In this document: positions 53,429 through 64,000 of the stretch, piece after piece
Numbering within the stretch: the stretch's first letter is position 1
How the letters are laid out: every line of letters begins with the position of its first letter
DNA from: Octopus bimaculoides
Taxonomy: Eukaryota
DNA: 64,000 nt
Reading direction: 5' to 3'
Assembly: GCF_001194135.2 (NCBI RefSeq)
Contig: NC_068987.1
Location: forward strand, 15,946,338 to 16,010,337
The notes under the pieces: model-generated
Database searches by the model: none
Told to the model about the DNA's origin: nothing
What the model saw: the letters and a program-made list of their open reading frames with translations, nothing else
Position numbers and translations under genes: made by a program

Positions 53429-53775
53429 TTGGGAAAGTGTCTTCTATACTACAGCCCTGGGCTGACCAAAGCCTTGTGCTGTGTGGTTAAGAAATTTGCT
53501 TCCCAATATGTGATCTTAGGTTCAATCCCACTGCACGGCACCTTGGACATGTCTTCTTTCTATTATAGCCACTAGGCTAACCAGTGCCAGTTGGAAACTG
53601 AAAGAAACCCATTGTGTGTATGTGTGTTCTCCACTACTGCTTGACAACTGGTATTGGTTTGTGTATGTCCCTGTGACTTATAGTTAAAAAAAATACTGGG
53701 GTCTATTTGTTCAAGTAAACCCTTCAAGGCTGTACCCCAGCATGTCTACAGTTGAGTGACTGAAACAAATAAACA
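53429..53775 (+). mobile_element. SINE family B copy preceded by a core fragment
   Basis: Core fragment 53429-53478, then CTGTGTGGTTAAGAAATTTGC...GTGACTGAAACAAAT. Confidence 0.8.
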
Positions 53776-55420
53776 ACAAAAAAATAATAAAAATTTTTTT
53801 TCTTTATTATTACACAAGCATTTCACACAGATAAATATGTAATAAATTCATTTGATTTATCAATTTGATTGTCTTTGGTAGCCAGTACTGTTTTAGTGAC
53901 TCATTAGTTGCTAATTTCTAATGTCTGAACCGACTCTTAAGGCCTGGACTATTATTTTTACCGTTCTTCAGCTTTGTTTTAAATTTCAGTGTTTTAGTGG
54001 ATGAATGAACAAGCTGATTCAGATTGATTAGTAATAAAAGAAGCGGAGCTGTACTCTACTGATGTAACATACGTTAGCAAAACAAGTCATTGCTGGTATC
54101 TTGGTTTTATACACAAGGTAATGGCTGTCATTAGGAAGTTAACAGTAAGCCCAATAGTTTGTTGTTGTTCAACCCAGGTCAGCTTTGATGAAGTAAATCT
54201 ATAATCAGAGCTTTACATCATAACCATCATCATATATACTAGCATTAATTTTTTTTTTGAGCTCTATGCACCTTAGCTGTATGTGTGTGTAGGGGTGGGT
54301 TGCAGGGAGCTTGAGTAATAATCTGACCCACTCCATACAGCTCCTACATATATACCCAACTAAAAGACAACACTCTATGTGAAAATCACTGTTCTTCCTT
54401 CTGCTGAGGATAAGCACAGATGCCCGTTCAACTGCAAAATGACAGCATCGTTTATATCCTGAGAAATTTAGCTTTGTGCTTCAATGGCAACAACAAAACT
54501 GCAGATGTCAAGGCAGATTGTGCAACAAATCGTATGAAACATGCTCGAAATATTTAGTATGACCCAAGACTGTGATCTAGTTGTTAGATTTATTGATTAT
54601 TGTATTTGCTACCTCCAAGTATTTTGGTCTGTCTGGGAATAAAAAAAAAAAAAAAAAAAAAAAGAGGCTTGAGTTGCTTGGCCGCTCAAACCAAAATTTT
54701 TATGAGCCCCCAACCCTCTCCATAGATTGTAGCAGTAATTTTTTTTTGTATTAATTCACTGAGATGTTAAATTAAATTTTTATTTAAAATTATGAAAGAG
54801 CACCAAATCTCTTTCTAAGATTTAGGCACGCTTCTTTTCCTATATGTAATTTTTTTTTGTTTTTGTTTTTGTTTTGTTATGACTGCAGTATTCTGAACAT
54901 AGTGACAATTGTTAATCAGTTTTCTACCCAAAGACATCAAATTATTTAAAACCTCAGCTGATCTTTTGGCTCTCTTTCTGTTAATGACCACAGGAGATGT
55001 GGGAAAATATTGTCAGCTCTGCCCCCCTTCACTTCCATTTGAGATTTTGCCAGACAAAAGTTATGCCATCTGGCATTCAGGATGTTTCATTTTGAATTTT
55101 CAGTTGTGTCTTTCTCTCTTCTATTTTCATTTTGATGGCTTCTGCTCTCTGAACTCCATTTTGTCACTTATGGCTACTGCATCCATCTTGCCATTTCCTT
55201 CTCAAATACTGTATTAGTTCATGTACAATATGCATTCTCAATTTGTAAAATTAAAGATTAAAGTTGTATATTACACACAACACAGTGTTATTAATTTTTT
55301 ACCCCAAAACAAATTTTAGGCATATTTAATTTAGAGCAACATGATTCAATCTATTACCTGAGCAATAATGATGAGTTTCAATCAATATAATAACTATGTT
55401 TTTCTATGCTTGTGATAATG

Positions 55421-55471
<51 letters not shown>

Positions 55472-55839
55472 TAGATAAGTTAGTGTTTTATTCAAAGGGC
55501 ATAAAAAACATGCCAGCAACTTATCTACTAAACTTTACTCTGAACTTGAAATTCACAACACTCTCTTGCACACACATGCATCCACCCACACCAATAGCAA
55601 ATGATTTTGTGCATAGGAAAGGTTGAATGTTGCACTAAACTACACAGTCTGTAAACATAGATTGTTGATGTCACATGTGAAAGTAAACATGACAAGCGTA
55701 TGCAGAAAAACAAAAGCATCTGTGATGATATGCATGTTGCTTCACTGATATCTGTCTAAACATTTAGCCTGTACATGCACAGGATTTTTGACAGAAGTTT
55801 TGAAGAAATTTATTGCATTTCTGAAAGCAAAAGGTGGCT

Positions 55840-56250
55840 ATGAGCAACAAAGGTTACGAGGCTGGTTTTAAGTTAGATGTTATTGAGTATGCTGAAGAGT
55901 ATGGAAATTGTAGTGCTGAGAGAAATTTTGTGTGTCAGAAAAATTAGCGAGTGACTGGCGGAAACAAAAAGTACCACTTAAAATGCCAAAAACAAAGCTG
56001 TCTCTTCTATAAGAGAAATTGGGGAAAGATTTATATACTTATGCATGTGAATTAACCACAAATGGACTTGTCACTCTCATGGCTATTAGAACGAAATTTT
56101 TTAGACAGCTTGCTCCTGTCCATGGATAGCTGTAAGCTCTCCATGGATATGAGTAAATATAATTTCACCCAAATGATCTGTTCAGAAATGTTGTACACCA
56201 TCCAACTCAAGGTGGGTGAAGATTCATGAACAGAAATGGGCTCACATTTC
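55840..56250 (+). mobile_element. pogo-type transposase N-terminal remnant (Brinker-like DBD plus CENP-B-type HTH)
   Basis: MSNKGYEAGFKLDVIEYAEEYGNCSAERNF, frameshift, SEKL.SDWRKQK; later GG*RFMNRNGLTF (cf. GWxxRFMxRHGLS). Confidence 0.8.
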
Positions 56251-56742
56251 ATTAGTGAACCAGTTACGGTGATTTACTCGTGGAGCTATTGTGTAGATAT
56301 ATGTTTAGTAAAGTTCATTAAAATCAATTTTGTAAATGTTTATTTCATTCTCATGAATTTATATCATGATAGATATTTATTTCACTCTTATAAATTTATG
56401 CATTCTTATGAAATTATGCAGACTCATGAATTTGTATGAGCATGGCTTTTATGTATGTAAAACAAATATAGGCAGTTCTTGATCAGCTAACTTTAAGGTG
56501 CTGCATAATTGTCAGCCAATCAGGAGTGGCAATTTACAGGCTCTGATTGGTCTCTTTGTTCTGGACATAGATTTTGAAATGTGTTGCTATGATACCTTTA
56601 ATTCTGAAACTACTACACTCTATTGGTAATAATTGAAACTAAGCAAAATTGCAAACAGTATTTACAAAAAGCAACATGCAGCTTATATATAGGACAAAGG
56701 TGTATAAATTGTCTACTAGTGTGACTCAAACATATGTATATA

Positions 56743-57185
56743 GGCACAGGCATGGCTGTGTTAAGAAGTTTGCTACTGAACTACATGGTTCCAGGTTCAG
56801 TTCCACCTTATGGCACATTGGGCAAGTGTCTTCAACTATTGCCCATACCAATCAAAACTTTGTGAGTGAATTTGGTACATGGAAACTGAAAGAAGTTGAT
56901 TGCGTGTGTGTGTGTGTGTGTGTGTGCATGCGCTTGTACATTTGAGTTTGTGCCCCCTTAGTTTGACATTTCATGTAGTTGTAAATGATTGTCATTGTTA
57001 TACAAGCAAGCAGTGGCATTCATTTACAATAAATTATGAGAACATGTTTGACCATGGGCAACTATTACCTTTCTTGAAAACAGGTGAGTGCTGGCTATAG
57101 GAAGAGCAGAGCACCTAGCTGTTGAATATCGGCCTAGTAAACTCTGTCCAATCCATGCGAGTATGGAAAAGTAGACATTAGAATG
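56743..57185 (+). mobile_element. SINE family B copy with tail of the (GAT)n type
   Basis: GGCACAGGCATGGCTGTGTTAAGAAGTTTGC head; ends CCATGCGAGTATGGAAAAGTAGACATTA. Confidence 0.85.
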
Positions 57186-59234
57186 AAATAGGAGGGAAAA
57201 AATAGTGTATATTAAATGTCCATTTGTATTTCATATGTATGCTTACATGGGAGATTAAATCAAGTGTTCAAACTAAATACAGCAAAATTTTGCTCACTGA
57301 ATATGAATAAAAACCAGAAAATAAAATTTACGTTGGTTAGCAATGAAATACAATTTTTATTTATTTACTTATTTATTTAGATAGAAGTTGTACTCTACAT
57401 TCTGTGTCAAAACAGTGTATGTCCCCTGACATTTCTTATGAAAGAAAGACTTGATGAATTGGTTTAAATTAAAAAAATTTTTTTTTCATTTTCTGAATAC
57501 TGAAAATAGTGCATTTCAATGTAAGATACTGATTAAAAATTTTTTTGTTTGAAACCAAAAATCTAAAGCTAGTTTTTTTTTTTTAATGCACAATAAAATC
57601 AGTGAGGAGAGGTTTTAAAAGATTCCTGTCCTGTTTAAGCAATAAATATTTTGTTCTGTGACAACATGACCATGAATGCTTCATTGTGCAAACTGAATGG
57701 TAAAATTGAGTATAAACTTAAAAGTACAATGTCAAAATCAGATTGATTACAAGAAAACTTGTTCATGTGATTTCTGTAATGTTGATTTTATAGTAGGTGC
57801 ACTTTTATAGCTCACATTGGTAAAAGTTCAAAGGTCACTTTCAAATTCATTTTCATTTAGGAAGTGTGAACTTTTCCAGTGTATTTTGTATAGCAATTAT
57901 AATAAATCAGGCTAAACACTCCTTTGTTCCATGCACAATACTAAAGAAAAGTCTGTGTATTGTACATCAGTTATTTTTTCTGGGACTTCATTGTCCATAA
58001 TTAGGGTGTACATTATATTGAAATATAAGCCAATGAAATAAAGAAATTAATTTCCCCTTCAGCTCTTCATTAAAATAGGAGTTTGTACTGAAGTTAATGG
58101 GGCGCGGGGGAAAGGGTAGTTTAAAGTGGGTTATAAAGCCATTAGAATTATAATATTAACAGGTAATGTGTACAAGATTGAGGAGGGAAGAAACCAAACT
58201 TTATTAAAAAGTACAATGTGTATTTGTTTTAATGCATTTGCTTTCTGTGGTGACTGTCATTAGCTTATCTAATTCACAATTTTCACCAAAGCTCTGAGAT
58301 AGAAGGTAGCATTACAGCATTCTTTTCTCTCTTCTGTGAATGTGATGTTTGGAACTTTCATACCTTGCCTAAAAGAAATCACTATCGTATGTTTATATTA
58401 TTACTTCAACCCATAGTCAGAAACTTTACTGCAGATATTGAGTAAAGTTCTTGTGCAGTGTTACACATCACTCACTGTGGTTAGTTACTTTAGAATTTAG
58501 TATTCTATCCATTTCAGAATAGTATTATTGTGTTTGTGTTGAGAAAGGTCATAAAAACACTTACAATGAGAATCCAATCCAGCTAACCATTCCACTGTGT
58601 GTGTATGTGTGTGAGTGAGAGAGAGAGTCAGAGAGAGAGATTTGGTAAATGGTACATAAACACTTTTCATGAAGATTTGAAAGAAATCTTCATACTGTGT
58701 CCATTGTACTGTAGGCAAAGCATAGTAAATTCTCTACTAAAAGAAAAGACAATGTGAATCACAGACCATCACATAAATAGCAACTACTCATGACGTGACA
58801 TTGATAAAAATCAAGATCCATTTAAATAAAGAATTATTGAAATGAATGCCTACTTAAAAAATAACAGCTGTAGAATGATATTTTATGTGCTCATTTAACT
58901 TCTTTGATGTTGATTGTGAAGTTCTTTGATGTGAGCCATATGTACTGTACTTAACTGAATTATTTCTTCAAGAATCTATTTTCAGAGATGTTTTAAAAGA
59001 TTTTGTGTGTTATAAATGTCATTCCTTTTACATGACTGTAATATTGGGAGTGCAAGATGATTGATTATCTTTATAGCTTCACATTTTGATTGGCTAGATA
59101 CTAGGTTAACCATTTTTAATAGCTGCTTGAAGGAAAACCTTAATATTAGTTAATAACTTGCCTTCGGCTAAATAAAGCAGGTAAAGAGAACCTTAACCCT
59201 CTCCCTCCTAAATAAAATTCTATTTATAAAGTTT

Positions 59235-59432
59235 GGCTCTGTGGTAAGAATTTTGCTTCCCAGTTGCATGGTTTAGAGTTCAAGCCCAACTGCTTGGTAC
59301 CTTCTACTATAGCCCTGGACCAATCAAGGTTTTGGCAGTGAATTTGGCAAATGGAAACTGAAAGAAGTCATGGCACCTTGGGCAAGAGTCTTCCACTGTA
59401 GCCTTGCACCAGCTAAAGCTCGAAAGAAGCTC

Positions 59433-59470
<38 letters not shown>

Positions 59471-59595
59471 TGTGCGTGCGTGCGTGCGCGCGTGTGCTTT
59501 TGTTTCATCACCTTTTGACAGCCAGTGTTGGTTTGTTTATGTCCTTGTAACTTAGCAATTTGTCATAAGATACTAATAGAATAAGGACCAGGCTT
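59235..59595 (+). mobile_element. SINE family B copy (partly duplicated core) running into a gap
   Basis: Head, two core segments and a (TG)n tract. Confidence 0.75.
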
Positions 59596-59859
59596 NNNNN
59601 NNNNNNNNNNNNNNNNNNNNNNNNNNNNNNNNNNNNNNNNNNNNNNNNNNNNNNNNNNNNNNNNNNNNNNNNNNNNNNNNNNNNNNNNNNNNNNNNNNNN
59701 NNNNNNNNNNNNNNNNNNNNNNNNNNNNNNNNNNNNNNNNNNNNNNNNNNNNNNNNNNNNNNNNNNNNNNNNNNNNNNNNNNNNNNNNNNNNNNNNNNNN
59801 NNNNNNNNNNNNNNNNNNNNNNNNNNNNNNNNNNNNNNNNNNNNNNNNNNNNNNNNNNN
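59596..59859. other. Assembly gap
   Basis: N run. Confidence 1.
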
Positions 59860-60268
59860 TATATATATATCAAGATTTCTGGAGCCATGGATGTTATTAA
59901 AACTGTCTAAAATGGCCATTGACAAAGATTAAGTTCTTTTGAATGACACCTGTATCAGTTAATCTTTTTTTTTTTTTTTTCCTGTTATCACTACCACTGT
60001 CACCGTCATTAGTTTCCATAACACTTGACATCATCATATCTGCATATAGGCTAGGATAGTTTAGTGTGATTCTGAAACTGAAGTGTTTCAGAATGTTGCT
60101 TGTGAATCTAGATTTTTTCTTAGAACCATATTGAAATGGAAGTATGTATATTCTAAAATCAATCTTTCTGAGTTAAAAATCCATCTATAGTCATTAGTTT
60201 TAGTTTTACTCAGTGTGAAACCTGTTAATCCATCTTCTATATGGATTATTATTTGAAAGGTCTGCCGA

Positions 60269-60299
<31 letters not shown>

Positions 60300-62031
60300 T
60301 AGAGCTTGGGCAACTTGGTGGTTACTAATTCTACTCTTGAAGATTACCCCCTCAACAAGGTACAAGTCCATCAGAAGAATTACGCCCCTAAGCTGCTGCT
60401 CTTTATTTTCAGCAAAATGGACTGGAGTAGTGTGAAATGACACAATGTGCTGCCCAGTCCAGGAATGAAAGTCATGACCTTAAGATTTTGAGCATAACAT
60501 CCTAGTTACTATACTGTGCACCTTAACTAATGTGGACTTGGTGAGGATAAAAGACACATCAAAAACTGTAGGTATAATGATGGTGTACAATAAGGTACAT
60601 CAGTGTTATCCTCTGTTCTCAGCATTTCCCACAGTTTAGTTATTTTTAACTTCATTACAAAATCTACTTCAATTTCTGTCAGACTTGGTTTGGACAAATT
60701 ATTTGAAATTTGTATTGATTGATGACTATTCAGTTGAGATTTTTTCAACGATCCATTTGTAGGAATTTTGTTGTTGTTTTGGCAGTCGGCCTATACTAGC
60801 CTTTTTCACAGTCCTGCTGTGGCCAGAAGTAGTAGGAGTACTAATAATGTTGCTGTTTATTTACTTATTCATTCTCAATGCCCATTATCTTATTGATGCA
60901 GATTATAAGTGTATGTATACAAAGCATCGGTCTGCATGTATTAACTGTTGAATATATATTCAGGTATAATGATTGTCTGCATATATGGAAATTTACTTTT
61001 AGACAACCTTTTCTATTGGATATGATTATCTGCTAGTCTCGCTATGATAGCTTAAGCTTGTGTGTATGTTTGTATGCATAAATGTGTAGATTTGTCGCAA
61101 TACGAACAAGAGAATATTAAAACAGATTTTTAAAGAGAACTTTGTAATCAGTAATATTTTTGCTGTTGCTAAAGACGTTAAACTTATATATAAAACCATA
61201 CACATCACGTTTTCATAGCATCACAGTCATCATTCTTGCGCATTACATCTGTATATAATACGTATGTGTGAAATTGTCCCCAATGAGTAGATTTCTTCAG
61301 TTCTTTAAGGTCAGAAAATATTTCAGTTTTGTTTGATTCAACCCATATATCTGAAACAATACTACTGTTACACATAGAACTAAGCTGCCCACCCGCAAAA
61401 AGGAAGAAAAAAGGGGGAACCATCTAGCTAATTGTTAAAGATTTTGTCACCAACAAACTACAACCAATAGCTTAGTTATTCTACAGTTCTCCTTGTCTTT
61501 TTTGTTGCTCCATCAGTACTATCTTAGCTGAAGACCACATGTTATACTTTCCTTTCTCTCATCTCAATTTTGTCCCGTCTTGAAATATTTCGCTCAGTTT
61601 TTCTTCCAAAAATTGCAGTCTCCTGAAGGCATAATCTCCTGTTCATAGCAAAGAAGGAAAAATATTACATGAATATCTACTACAACATGGAAAGGTCTTT
61701 AAAGTTTAGGGAGTGTTTCACCTGCTTGATATAAATCAAAAAGCAAAAGAAGCCAGTTTGGTCAGTTTGCTGTGAAGTAGGTTATGTTGGTTTAAATCTC
61801 ATATGATTAGGAGCAAATAATTTTCTTAGTAGCTGCAAATGATGTCAGGATTGTCCCATGAAACACTCATCACCTGTAAATAATTGCTATGATATCTAAA
61901 ACAAACTAAAACAGTAATGCTAAGTTAAGATGCTCGATTGGAAACCCATAACTACCAAGGTATCCACATTATGTACATATAATTCTCCACTCTTTCCTGT
62001 TAACTTTGTTGAAATGACTAAAATTTTTTAA

Positions 62032-62254
62032 TTAAACCCTTTAACATTCAAATTCTGTCAAAAGTAATGCTTGTTTATTCACATTGGTTTCAATAAATCA
62101 TGCACTATCTGGTAACTTTGAGATTTTGATGTGGCAACTGTTTTTTATGATGATAAAGTAGGGTTTCTATGAGGGGTCAGATTTAGCCAGTTTGAACATA
62201 AAGCAGGTAGAATATTTTGGCTGGATATGGCTGGATTAAATGCTAAAGGATTAA
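62032..62254. mobile_element. Second TTAA-flanked MITE family (piggyBac-type ends)
   Basis: TTAA(A)CCCTTTAACATT ... AATGCTAAAGGATTAA inverted termini. Confidence 0.7.
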
Positions 62255-62267
62255 TTGTTAAAATATT

Positions 62268-62630
62268 GGCGCAGGAGTGGCTGTGTGGTAAGTAGCTTGC
62301 TTACCAACCATATGGTTCTAGGTTCATCTTGAGCAAATGTCTTCTACTATAGCCTCGGGCTGACCAAAGCCTTGTGAGTGGATTTGGTAGACAGAAACCG
62401 AAAGAAGCCCATCGTATATATATGTGTTTGTGTGTCTGTGTTTGTCCCTCTAGCATTGCTTAACAACCAATGCTGGTGTGTTTATGTCCCCGTCACTTAG
62501 CGGTTCGGCAAAAAGAGAGTGATAGAATAAGTACTAGGCTTACAAAGAATAAGTCCCAGGGCCGACTTGCTCGACTAAAGGCGGTGCTCCAGTATGACCG
62601 CAGTCAAATGACTGAAACAAGTAAAAAGAG
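62268..62630 (+). mobile_element. Young SINE family B copy
   Basis: GGCGCAGGAGTGGCTGTGTGGTAAGTAGCTTGC head, CpGs retained, tail CCGCAGTCAAATGACTGAAACAAGTAAAAAGAG. Confidence 0.9.
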
Positions 62631-63494
62631 TATTGGGCACGAGCAAAGACAGCCTGTTCCAATTAGATTAACAGCATATGAACCCATCTTTCTTAACTTC
62701 TTTGATGAAGGGCCTGATCCAGAAATGTTGGTATTTTTCTTTTCCTCATGGTCACTATGTTTATTTTTAATAACTACCTCCTAGCTTTTGGATTGCTTGT
62801 TGCTGATGCAGTTCTACACCAGACTCTTCTGATTTTGAATTTTACCATGTTCTATAGTAATAATCCCTGGCACCATGCAAGTTTATAAGACCATCTAATT
62901 GTTTGTTGCCAAGAGAACTTTAAAAGAAATATAAAATACTTAGACCATTGTGTGTTTACATACATCTAGATAAAGTTCATTGTTTTGCTAGCATCAATCT
63001 ACGTAGCTTATAATAAGTACAGTTTATTTAATGGTTGGAAGGGAAGAAGGACAGCTGCACTAACAGTTTTACACTTTATCAAATTAACAAAAGTCATCCT
63101 ATGCTCAAATGGAAAAAAGAAAAGGAAAAAAAAAAATCATTGACATAAAGACACAAATTGTAAAGAAATTATGAGTGATTGGATTGATGTGCTTGATATT
63201 TTATTGAATCTTCAGGGCACTGGAAGGTTGACACTAGTGGAATATTATTAAGTATTGAAAGGCATTTAATCTGATGCACTCCATTATACTACTACTACCA
63301 CTACTACTATTACTACTGATGATGATGGTGGCAGCGCCAACTGCTGTTTCTACTGATATAGGACCAAAGACACACATGTTGGGAAATTGATTCCAGTATT
63401 TGACTTGCTTATTTTATTAGACCTTGGGAGGAATTTGGTCTAAAAAAATCTTTTGACTAAGTTCAATAATAATGATAATAATAATCATTTCTAT

Positions 63495-64000
63495 TAAAGG
63501 CACAAGGCCTGAAATTTGTGGGGAGGAGTAAGTTGATTTCATAGACCCCATTGTTTCACTAGTACTTAATTTATCGACTTTGAAAGGATGAAAGGCAAAG
63601 TTGACCTCAGCGAAATTTGAACTTAGAACATAGCGATGATAATAAAAAATAATAATAATAATAATAATAATAATCCTTTCTATTATAGGCTCATAGCCTG
63701 AAATTTTGGGGGAGGGGACCAGTCGATTACATCGACCCCAGTGCTCAACTGGTACTTATTTCCTTGACTCCAAAAGGATGAAAGGCAAAGTTAATCTTAG
63801 TGGCATTTGAACTCTGAGCATAAAGACAGATTAAATACCACTGGGCATTTGTGTCTGGTATGGTTACAATTCTGCCAGTTCACTGCCTTACTAATAATAA
63901 TGATAAATATAATTTCTATTATTGGCCTGAAATTTTGGTGGGTGGGGATCAAGTCAGTTACATTATGGTACTTAATTTCACAGGCCCTAAAGGATGGAAG
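63495..64000 (-). mobile_element. Train of three SINE family A copies separated by (AAT)n
   Basis: Tail motif (GG)CCTGAAATTT..GGG recurs at about 63507, 63696 and 63925, each followed by core sequence. Confidence 0.85.

Noticed and set aside
54420-54558. Short ATG-initiated frame MPVQLQNDSIV...
   Set aside because: 45 codons, no recognisable motif.
60527-60748. ORF with faint LINE RT N-terminal resemblance (PSLTEIEVDFVMKLK)
   Set aside because: Similarity too weak to call.

Overview
AT-rich, microsatellite-dense eukaryotic DNA with five assembly gaps. The SINE families and (TA)n/(CA)n density are strongly reminiscent of an octopus/cephalopod genome (inference). The window looks like mostly intronic or intergenic sequence. 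I could not assemble a recognisable protein-coding gene: there is one fairly convincing + strand exon candidate (13482-13539) and a few weaker ones. Most interpretable sequence is transposon-derived. Retroelements: many copies of at least three tRNA-headed SINE families plus a (GAT)n-tailed retro-element, and fragments of Penelope-like, RTE-like and CR1/L2-like elements. DNA elements: an internally deleted mariner, a near full-length decayed hAT transposase, two pogo-type remnants and TTAA-flanked MITEs. There are also two long foldback (inverted-repeat) elements and a decayed tRNA-Phe copy. None of the supplied ORFs is an intact gene; the meaningful ones are transposon fragments. I found no evidence of a novel multi-gene system. 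The most unusual items are the two foldback elements, hammerhead-like core motifs beside the Penelope remnant, and modular SINE tail-swapping.
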